Part shown: positions 56,706 to 64,000 of the stretch, one piece after another
Position numbering within the stretch: the stretch's first letter is position 1
Layout: the number at the start of each line of letters is the position of its first letter
DNA from: Planctomycetota bacterium
Lineage (GTDB): Bacteria; Planctomycetota; UBA1135; UBA2386
Direction of reading: 5' to 3'
NCBI GenBank assembly: GCA_046290465.1
Contig: JBKAGP010000001.1
Coordinates: forward strand, 640,001-704,000
DNA: 64,000 bases
Notes under the pieces: generated by a model
Databases searched by the model: none
What the model was told of the DNA's origin: nothing
Seen by the model: the letters and a program-made list of their open reading frames with translations, nothing else
Made by a program: the position numbers and the translations under genes

Positions 56706-58387
56706 CGGAACCCCCTCTGATCGTTCAGGCCGACGGCGCGGTGCTGCTCGAGACGCAGCACCCTCAATACGAACCGGCGCGCGAACGGCTGGCCAGCTTC
56801 GCCGAACTGGAGAAGTCGCCGGAGTACGTGCACTTCTACCGGATCACGCCGATCAGCATCTGGAACGCCGCGGCGCTCGGCGAGTCGGCGGACGAGGTGC
56901 TGCGCTGGCTCGAGGACCACGCGCGGTTCCCGATCGCCAAGGAGGTCACCGAGCGCATCGCCGAGTGGTTCCGCCGCTACGGGCTGCTGCGCCTCGAGCG
57001 GGTCGACGACGAACAGCTGCACCTGCGCAGCCGCGACGCCGAGCTGCTGCAGGAACTCGCCGAGCATCCGCGGCTCGAAAAGCTGGTCACGTTCGACCAG
57101 CGCGGCCGCGCGTTCGTCGCCGCGGGCCAGCGCGGCGAGGTCAAGCAGGAGCTGGTGCGGCTCGGCTATCCGGTCGACGACCGCGGCGGCTACCGCACCG
57201 GCACCGACCTCGCGTTCGGGCTCGCCGACCGCGACGGCTTCGCGCTGCGCGACTACCAGTCGGCGGCCGCCGAGGCGTTCCACATGGGCGGCACCGATCA
57301 GGGCGGCTGTGGCGTCGTGGTGCTGCCGTGCGGTGCCGGCAAGACCGTCGTCGGCATCGCCGCGATGCACCTGCTGCAGACCAATACGCTGGTGCTGACC
57401 ACCAACACCGTCGCGGTCCGCCAGTGGGTGCGCGAGATCCTCGACAAGACCGGCCTCGCCGCAGACCAGGTGGGGGAATACACCGGCGAGAACAAGCAGA
57501 TCCGGCCGGTGACGGTCGCGACCTACCAGATCCTGACGCACCGCAAGGGCAAGCTCGACGGCTTCACGCACCTCGACCTGTTCGACCGCGGCGACTTCGG
57601 CCTGATCGTCTACGACGAGGTGCACCTGCTGCCGGCGCCGGTGTTCCGCGCCACCGCGGGAATTCAGGCGCGCCGTCGGCTGGGGCTGACCGCGACGCTG
57701 GTGCGCGAGGACGGCCGCCAGGACGAGGTGTTCTCGTTGATCGGCCCGAAGCGCTACGAGCTGCCGTGGAAGCACCTCGAACAGCAGGGCTTCCTGGCGG
57801 TCGCGCGCTGCCACGAGGTGCGGGTGCCGCTCGGCGACGAACGCCGCCAGCGCTACGACGCGGCCACCGCGCGCAACCAGATCCGGATCGCCGCCGACAA
57901 CGAGCGCAAGCACGATGTCGTCGGCCGGCTGCTGCGCGTGCACCAGGACGACCGGGTGCTGGTGATCGGGCAGTACCTGGAGCAGTTGAAGCAGCTGTCG
58001 ACGCTGTTCGGGATCCCGCTGATCACCGGCCAGACCAACAACGCCGAGCGCGACCGCCTCTACGCGGCGTTCCGCAGCGGCGAGGTGCCGCACCTGATCG
58101 TCAGCAAGGTCGGCAACTTCGCGGTCGACCTGCCCGACGCCAACGTCGCGATCCAGGTCAGCGGCACGTTCGGCAGCCGCCAGGAGGAGGCGCAGCGGCT
58201 CGGTCGGGTGCTGCGACCGAAGGCGGACGGCGGCACCGCGACCTTCTACACGCTGGTCAGCGAGGAGACGCGCGAGCAGGAGTTCGCACGCAAGCGGCAG
58301 CTGTTCCTGACCGAGCAGGGCTACGCCTACGAGATCCTGGCCAGCGGGCAACTGCCGGACGCGAACGGTCGCGAGGTGCGCGCATGA
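56702..58387 (+). CDS. Bacterial XPB/Ssl2/Rad25-family SF2 DNA helicase
   Basis: PLIVQADG, ELEKSPE..H.YRIT..S.WNA, LRDYQ, LPCGAGKT, DEVH, LGLTAT, GSRQEEAQRLGRVLRPK. ATGA overlap with uvrA. Confidence 0.93.
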   Translation: MTEPPLIVQADGAVLLETQHPQYEPARERLASFAELEKSPEYVHFYRITPISIWNAAALGESADEVLRWLEDHARFPIAKEVTERIAEWFRRYGLLRLERVDDEQLHLRSRDAELLQELAEHPRLEKLVTFDQRGRAFVAAGQRGEVKQELVRLGYPVDDRGGYRTGTDLAFGLADRDGFALRDYQSAAAEAFHMGGTDQGGCGVVVLPCGAGKTVVGIAAMHLLQTNTLVLTTNTVAVRQWVREILDKTGLAADQVGEYTGENKQIRPVTVATYQILTHRKGKLDGFTHLDLFDRGDFGLIVYDEVHLLPAPVFRATAGIQARRRLGLTATLVREDGRQDEVFSLIGPKRYELPWKHLEQQGFLAVARCHEVRVPLGDERRQRYDAATARNQIRIAADNERKHDVVGRLLRVHQDDRVLVIGQYLEQLKQLSTLFGIPLITGQTNNAERDRLYAAFRSGEVPHLIVSKVGNFAVDLPDANVAIQVSGTFGSRQEEAQRLGRVLRPKADGGTATFYTLVSEETREQEFARKRQLFLTEQGYAYEILASGQLPDANGREVRA

Positions 58388-60252
58388 GCCGGTTGAGCCT
58401 GCGAGTGTTGCTGCGCGACAGCGAGGCCGAGGTGCAGACCGAGTGCCTGCGGCGCTGGTGCAGCGACCAGGACGAGAAGAAGCTGGTCGGGCGCACCGGC
58501 AAGCCGGTGCTCGGCAGGGCCAGCACCGCGATGGAGGACGAAGGCCTGGTGCTGCAGCGCATCGGCACGCTGCCGCGCAAGCTGCAGGACCTGCTCGAGG
58601 TGTTCTTCGCCGACGCCGGCGCGGTGCGCACCGTGCAGGCGCTGTTCGCCGACTTCGGCAAGAACTTCAAGAGCCGGTTCGACCTGGAGGCGTCGCTGGC
58701 GGCGCTGCACCGCGAGGCGTTCGTGTGGCCGGTCAAGGACAAGCGCTGGGCGCACTACGACAGCCCGGCGTGGGCGGCGCCGAGCGAGCTGGTCGAGTGC
58801 GTGCGCAGCTACCGCGAACGTCGCCAGCGGCAGCTGCCCGACACGTTGACGCTGCAGGGCTTCCTCGAGGCGCGGTACTTCCAGAAGCACAAGCAGGACA
58901 AGGGCACGCAGAAGGAAAAGGAGCAGAAAGCCGCCGACCACGCGCGCAAGATCTACAAGCTCTACACGCTCGAGAGCGCGATGCAGCAGCGCCTCGACAA
59001 GCTCCCCGAGCACGTGCGCGAGCTGGTCGACGTGACGCTGCACACCCACGGCGGCATCGCCAGCTACGAGGATCTGACCAGCGAGGTCGACCTGAAGTCA
59101 CCGCCCGACTTCGAACTGCTCGGCAAGAGCCTCGAGGAGGCGATGCTCGGCACCACCGCCAACCTCGACCTGGCCCGCGTCGGCATCCAGCCGTACGAGC
59201 ACGGCGTGGTGGTGTTCCACGAGGTCGCGCTGTGGGCGATCCGCAAGCGCGGCGAGGAGCACCGGCCCGAGGTCGAGCAGGAGCTCAGCGCCAAGAGCGA
59301 CCTCAGCAGCAACGTCTGCCGGTTCCTGCGCGAACTGCAGCAGAGCAAGGTGCTGTTCACCGCCGAGGGCGAGCTGTTCAAGGCGTCGGCCAAGCGCATC
59401 GCCGGCACGCTGCTGTCGATCCCGGGCGGCTTCCTGCCGGCGGACTCGATGCTCGAGATGATCTACCGGTTCTGCCTGCAGCGCCGGCTGATCGACCGTC
59501 GCGGCGAACGTTCGCTGCGGCCGACCCCGACCGGCCTGCAGTTCGAGCGCGCCACGCTGACCGACCAGCTCAAGCTGCTGCTCGGCCACTTCGTCGAGGA
59601 CCGCACGCTGCCCGGCGAGGCGTTCCACCACACGCGCATGCGGCGCGTGCTGCTGCGGCTGCTGCGCCGCGCCGAGCCGCTGCTGTGGCAGGACGTCGCG
59701 GTGCTGCCGTTCCTGACGCGCAACGCTTACCTGTCGCAGCTCGATTCGCAGGCGGCCGAGGAGTTCTTCGCGGCGCGCTTCCAGGGCGGCGCCTACACGC
59801 CCAGCGAGTCGCTGCAGCAGATGGCCTGGAACCTGCTCATCTGGATCAAGAAGCGGCTGTTCCCGCTCGGCCTCGTCGACGTCGCGATGACCGGCGGCCG
59901 GGTGACCGCGCTGCGGCTGTCGCAGCTCGGCGCCGAACTGCTCGACGCGGAGCCGGCGACCAAGGTCGGCGGCACGCGGTGCTCGGTGATCGTGCAGCCG
60001 GACTTCGAGATCCTCGTATTCCCGGGCGACGACGTGCACGACGTGCTGCACCTGTTCGACCGGTTCGCCACCCGCACCAAGAGCGACCACGTCTACCAGT
60101 TCACGATCGATCGCGAGAGCGTCGAAGCCGGCATCGAGGATGGCCTCACCGGAGCGCAGATCGTGCAGGAGCTGACCGATCGCGCGCGCGCGCCGCTGCC
60201 CCAGAACGTGCTCTACAGCCTCGAGGACTGGTCCGACAAACCCTCGCGCTGA
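58384..60252 (+). CDS. Protein with C-terminal XPB-associated (Helicase_C_3) domain
   Basis: ATGA overlap. C-terminal IVQPDFEI...DHVYQFTIDRESV..G..G...L.....PLPQNV.YSLEDW. Confidence 0.8.
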   Translation: MSRLSLRVLLRDSEAEVQTECLRRWCSDQDEKKLVGRTGKPVLGRASTAMEDEGLVLQRIGTLPRKLQDLLEVFFADAGAVRTVQALFADFGKNFKSRFDLEASLAALHREAFVWPVKDKRWAHYDSPAWAAPSELVECVRSYRERRQRQLPDTLTLQGFLEARYFQKHKQDKGTQKEKEQKAADHARKIYKLYTLESAMQQRLDKLPEHVRELVDVTLHTHGGIASYEDLTSEVDLKSPPDFELLGKSLEEAMLGTTANLDLARVGIQPYEHGVVVFHEVALWAIRKRGEEHRPEVEQELSAKSDLSSNVCRFLRELQQSKVLFTAEGELFKASAKRIAGTLLSIPGGFLPADSMLEMIYRFCLQRRLIDRRGERSLRPTPTGLQFERATLTDQLKLLLGHFVEDRTLPGEAFHHTRMRRVLLRLLRRAEPLLWQDVAVLPFLTRNAYLSQLDSQAAEEFFAARFQGGAYTPSESLQQMAWNLLIWIKKRLFPLGLVDVAMTGGRVTALRLSQLGAELLDAEPATKVGGTRCSVIVQPDFEILVFPGDDVHDVLHLFDRFATRTKSDHVYQFTIDRESVEAGIEDGLTGAQIVQELTDRARAPLPQNVLYSLEDWSDKPSR

Positions 60253-60371
60253 TCCGAACTGAGACGCATCGATGAAGCCCATGCAAAGGGCTTCACGGTC
60301 CGCTGCTTCGGTTTTGCCGATGCACCGTCTGCCGATGATGGTAATTGTTCGCTGCCGCCGCGCGCCTCTCC

Positions 60372-61835
60372 ATGCCGACCCCCAAGTTGAACGAAGCCCC
60401 CGAGATCCTCGTGCTCGGAGCCGGCCCTGCGGGCCTCGCCTGCGCGATGGAGCTGTCGCGCAAGGGCAAGACGTGCACCGTCGTCGAACGTGACGAGCAG
60501 ATCGGTGGCCTCGCCAAGACGCTGACCGTGCGGGAGGGCGACGACGTCTTCCTGACCGACATCGGCCCGCACCGGTTCTTCTCCAAGAACCAGTACCTCT
60601 ACGACTTCATCGAGGACCTGCTCGAGGAGGAGTGGCGGCGCGTGCCGCGCCTGACCCGCCAGTTCGTCGACGGCAAGTACTACAACTACCCCGTCAACTT
60701 CGGCCAGGTCGTCAAGAACCTCGGCTTCTGGAAGAGCGCGCGGGTCGGCATCGACTACTTCGTGGCGCGGCTGCGCTACGACGTGTTCGGCAAGCCGCTG
60801 AAGACGTTCGAGGACTACGTCGTCGCGAACTTCGGCCGCACGCTGGCCGAGTTCTCGATGATCAACTACAGCGAGAAGATCTGGGGCATCCCGTGCGCCG
60901 AGATCCACCCCGACTGGGCCAAGCAGCGCATCAGCGGGCTCAACCTGTGGAGCGTGCTGCAGAAGGCGATCGGGCTCGGTGGCAAGAAGGGCCCGAAGTC
61001 GCTGGTCGACGAGTTCTACTACCCGCAGTTCGGCACCGGCCGGATCTACGAGGAGATCGGCAAGCACCTGGTCGAGACCGGCACCGAGATCAAGACGCAC
61101 AGCCGACCGATCGCGGTCCGTCACGACGGCAAGCGCGTTCGTGAGGTCGACATCGAGACACCCGAGGGCGTGCAGACCGTCAAGCCGCAGAGCGTGGTCG
61201 AGTCGGTGCCGCTGACCGCGTTCCTCGACCTGCTCGATCCGAAGCCGCCGCAGCAGGTGCTCGACGCCGCCAACAACCTGCGCTGGCGCAGCCAGATCTA
61301 CCTGTTCCTGACGCTCGACAAGGAGCAGGTCACCGAGGACAACTGGATCTACTTCCCGCAGAAGGACATCCCGTTCGGTCGCACCTCGGAGATGAAGAAC
61401 TTCAGCAAGGACATGTGCCCCGAGGGCAAGACGTCCTTCTTCATCGAGTTCTTCGCGTTCGAGACCGACGAGCTGTGGACGATGTCGAAGGAGCAGATCC
61501 TCGACATGGTGATGCCGTACTTCGAGAAGTGGGGCTTCTTCACGCGCGACGAGATCCGCCAGACGTACCTGTGGAAGCGCAGCCACGTCTACCCCGTCTA
61601 CGACACGACCTACAAGGGCAACGTCGAGACCATCCGCGACTACCTCGACCAGATCGAGAACCTGATCTACGTCGGTCGCCCCGGCCGCTTCCGCTACACC
61701 AACCAGGACCACAGCCTGGAGATGGGCATCATCGCCAGCCGCATGATCCTCGAAGGCCGGCGCTACGACATGGACACGGTCGGCGCCGAGAACGAGTACT
61801 TCGAGAAGGGCCCGATCTACGAGAAGCGGATCTGA
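60372..61835 (+). CDS. FAD-dependent oxidoreductase (amine oxidase / UDP-galactopyranose mutase-like)
   Basis: GAGPAGL, E....IGGL, DIGPHRFFSK, YSEKIWG, YPVY, GR.GRFRY.NQDHSL. Confidence 0.85.
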   Translation: MPTPKLNEAPEILVLGAGPAGLACAMELSRKGKTCTVVERDEQIGGLAKTLTVREGDDVFLTDIGPHRFFSKNQYLYDFIEDLLEEEWRRVPRLTRQFVDGKYYNYPVNFGQVVKNLGFWKSARVGIDYFVARLRYDVFGKPLKTFEDYVVANFGRTLAEFSMINYSEKIWGIPCAEIHPDWAKQRISGLNLWSVLQKAIGLGGKKGPKSLVDEFYYPQFGTGRIYEEIGKHLVETGTEIKTHSRPIAVRHDGKRVREVDIETPEGVQTVKPQSVVESVPLTAFLDLLDPKPPQQVLDAANNLRWRSQIYLFLTLDKEQVTEDNWIYFPQKDIPFGRTSEMKNFSKDMCPEGKTSFFIEFFAFETDELWTMSKEQILDMVMPYFEKWGFFTRDEIRQTYLWKRSHVYPVYDTTYKGNVETIRDYLDQIENLIYVGRPGRFRYTNQDHSLEMGIIASRMILEGRRYDMDTVGAENEYFEKGPIYEKRI

Positions 61836-61861
61836 GGCGATTGGCCTGGCATGCGCGGCGC

Positions 61862-62518
61862 ATGGGCGATCCGCGGCTGCGACTGATCTTGGTGAGCGAT
61901 GGCGTCGGCGATCCGCGCCGCATCGAAGAGGTCGTGCAGGCGGCTCTGCGCGGCGGCTGTCGCTGCGTGCAGCTGCGCGAACCGCGCTGGTCGGCGCGCG
62001 CGATGCTGCGCGCCTGCGAGGCGCTGCGGCCGATGCTCGACGCCGTCGACGGCCTGCTGCTGGTCAACGACCGCGTCGACGTGGTCGCCGCCGGCGTCGC
62101 CCACGGCGCCCAGGTCGGCCACCGCTCGCTGCCGCCGGCCACCGCGCGCGCGGTGCTCGGTCGCAACCTCGTGCTCGGCTACTCGGCGCACGACGAACAG
62201 GAACTCGACGAGGCCGCCGACGGTGGCTGCAACTTCGCGCTGCTGTCGCCGGTCTGGCGCACCACCAGCAAGCCCGACGCGGCCTTCCTCGGGGTCGCGC
62301 GCGCTGGTGCGCTGACCGAGGCGGCACGCCTGCCGGTCGTCTGGCTCGGCGGCGTCGACGTCGCCACGATGGCCGAACTCGTCGACGTGCCGGCGGGGCA
62401 GCGGCCGGTCGGGGTCGCGGTGCGCAGCGCGATCATGGCGACCGCCGATCCCGAGGCCGCGACGCGGGCGCTGCTGCAGGCACTGCCCGAACGCAGCGCG
62501 GCGCCGAGCGGCGACTGA
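61862..62518 (+). CDS. thiE: Thiamine-phosphate synthase (ThiE/TenI family)
   Basis: VQLRE, LVNDRVDV, GYSAH, SPV..T.SKP, PVVWLGG. Near thiL. Could be TenI-like. Confidence 0.75.
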   Translation: MGDPRLRLILVSDGVGDPRRIEEVVQAALRGGCRCVQLREPRWSARAMLRACEALRPMLDAVDGLLLVNDRVDVVAAGVAHGAQVGHRSLPPATARAVLGRNLVLGYSAHDEQELDEAADGGCNFALLSPVWRTTSKPDAAFLGVARAGALTEAARLPVVWLGGVDVATMAELVDVPAGQRPVGVAVRSAIMATADPEAATRALLQALPERSAAPSGD

Positions 62519-62559
62519 GGACTGGACCGCCGACGTTCGCGGCGTGATGCTGCTGGGGC

Positions 62560-63012
62560 ATGACCGATTCCGCAGCCGAACCACGACCGGACGACGGCAG
62601 CGCGCCGGAGGTGGACGCGCGGCCCTTGTTGCCGCAGCGGCTGGCGCGCATCGCCCGTCGCGCCACGCTGGTGCTCGGGTTGGTCGCGGTGGCCTGGTTC
62701 CTGCTCAAGTTCGAGACCCGCTGGGTTCCGCCCGGCATGAACACGATCACCGAGGTGCCCGGCGGCTCGTGGGTGATCCTCGACCGGTGGACCACCGGCC
62801 TGCGCGTTGGCAGCGACGTGTTCGTGCGCACGCCGCACGGCGAACAGGTGTCGCGCGTCAAGGCGCTCGACGCCGAGACCGTCACGATCGAGCATCCCAA
62901 CCCAGACGCGACCTGGGGTGACAGCCGCGTGTTCGGGCCGCTGCCGCGCGAGCAGATCCTCGGCACCATCGTGGTCGTGTTCGCACCCGATCGGGAGCAG
63001 CGAGGCGGCTGA
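62560..63012 (+). CDS. Membrane-anchored S24/S26 peptidase-fold protein with degenerate catalytic motifs
   Basis: One TM helix, G.DV, GDSRVFGPLPREQILG. Confidence 0.65.
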   Translation: MTDSAAEPRPDDGSAPEVDARPLLPQRLARIARRATLVLGLVAVAWFLLKFETRWVPPGMNTITEVPGGSWVILDRWTTGLRVGSDVFVRTPHGEQVSRVKALDAETVTIEHPNPDATWGDSRVFGPLPREQILGTIVVVFAPDREQRGG

Positions 63013-63929
63013 TGGCGACCGAACGCGAACTGACCGCGCGGCTGCGCGCGCTGTTCCCGTCGCGCCGCGACGTGGCGGTGCCGCTCGGCGACGATGCCGC
63101 GGTCGTGCGCACCGGCGGCGAACGCACGGCGATGTGCTGCGATCCGGTGGTGGCGGGCGTGCACTTCGAGGCCGCCACGCCGCTGTCGTTGGTCGGCCGC
63201 AAGGCCGTCAACCGCAACCTCAGCGACCTCGCCGCGATGGGCGCCGACGCCGACTGGCTGCTGGTGTCGGTGGTGTGGCCGGCTCGCCGCAGCGCCGCCG
63301 AACTGCTGCAGCTGCTGCGCGGCGTGCGCAGTGCCGCCAGCGCCGCCGGCGCGGTCGTGGTCGGTGGCGACGTCGCCAGCACCCGTGGCCCGCTGGTGGT
63401 CACGGTCTCGGCATTCGGGCGCGTTCGCGGCCGCACGCTGACCCGTTCGGCCCTGCGGGTCGGCGACGCGCTGCACGTGACCGGTGCGCTCGGCGGTTCG
63501 ATCGCCGGCCACCACCTGCGCTTCCGGCCGGCGCTGGCCGAGGGCCGCTGGCTGGCCAGGCAGGACGGGGTGCGCGCGGCGATGGACGTCAGCGACGGCC
63601 TGGTGCTCGACCTCGCGACGATGCTCGAGGCCAGCGGCGGCCTCGGCGCCGAACTCGACGCCGCCGCGATCCCGGTCCGCGCGGCGGCGCGGCGGCTCGC
63701 CCACGGCGACCCCGACGAGGCGCTGCGCCGGGCCCTGCACGACGGCGAGGACCACGTGCTGCTGTTCGGGGTGCGCCGCGGCCACCAGCTCGGCAGCGGC
63801 GGCCCCCTGACCGCGCGGGCGCGGCGGCCGATCGGGCGCGTCGTGCGGCAGCCGGGCATCACCCTGTCGCTGCGCGGCCGCAAGGACGTGCTGCCGGCGC
63901 GCGGTTTCCAGCACCGGGTGGACGGATGA
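63012..63929 (+). CDS. thiL: Thiamine-monophosphate kinase
   Basis: LGDDAA, GVHF, NLSDLAAMGA, VGGD, MDVSDGL, GEDH. Confidence 0.93.
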   Translation: MATERELTARLRALFPSRRDVAVPLGDDAAVVRTGGERTAMCCDPVVAGVHFEAATPLSLVGRKAVNRNLSDLAAMGADADWLLVSVVWPARRSAAELLQLLRGVRSAASAAGAVVVGGDVASTRGPLVVTVSAFGRVRGRTLTRSALRVGDALHVTGALGGSIAGHHLRFRPALAEGRWLARQDGVRAAMDVSDGLVLDLATMLEASGGLGAELDAAAIPVRAAARRLAHGDPDEALRRALHDGEDHVLLFGVRRGHQLGSGGPLTARARRPIGRVVRQPGITLSLRGRKDVLPARGFQHRVDG

Positions 63930-64000
63930 GCGACGCCGTGGCCTTCGACCTGCCCGACGATCCGGCCGCCACCGAACGCCTCGGCGAACGGATCGGCCGC
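63926..64000 (+). CDS. tsaE: Probable TsaE (t6A biosynthesis ATPase), N-terminal fragment at the window edge
   Basis: MSDAVAFDLPDDPAATERLGERIGR resembles the TsaE N-terminal helix. ATGA overlap with thiL, and thiL-tsaE adjacency is common. Confidence 0.55.
   Translation, partial: MSDAVAFDLPDDPAATERLGERIGR

Overview
GC-rich (roughly 70% by eye) bacterial chromosome segment, very probably Planctomycetota. The inference rests on the DUF1501 plus planctomycete cytochrome c/DUF1549/DUF1553 pair, repeated DUF1080 proteins and a doubled UvrA. About 47 genes can be supported. They include housekeeping genes (tgt, ruvB, class II nrdJ, moaC, asd, accB, accC, pfkA, dacB, suhB, thiE, thiL, partial tsaE), an arsR-arsC/gap/arsJ arsenate operon and many secreted proteins. 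No rRNA, tRNA, CRISPR array or mobile element was seen. The standout is a four-gene sulfur-relay-type operon at 45815-48726 (DsrE, TusA-OsmC fusion, MetE-like Zn enzyme, Cys-rich TusA). Its MetE-like gene is interrupted by one in-frame TGA (47606-47608, context RTFM*ATLA). A hairpin with bacterial SECIS geometry follows it, so this is a candidate selenocysteine-containing methionine-synthase-like enzyme. Other notable items are a tandem-duplicated UvrA with an internal TAG that is translationally coupled to a bacterial XPB helicase and its partner, paired NrdR boxes about 400 bp upstream of nrdJ, structured intergenic RNA candidates at 45270-45632, and a shared C-terminal domain on three unrelated exported-type proteins. 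All calls come from motif recognition by eye; no database searches were run.
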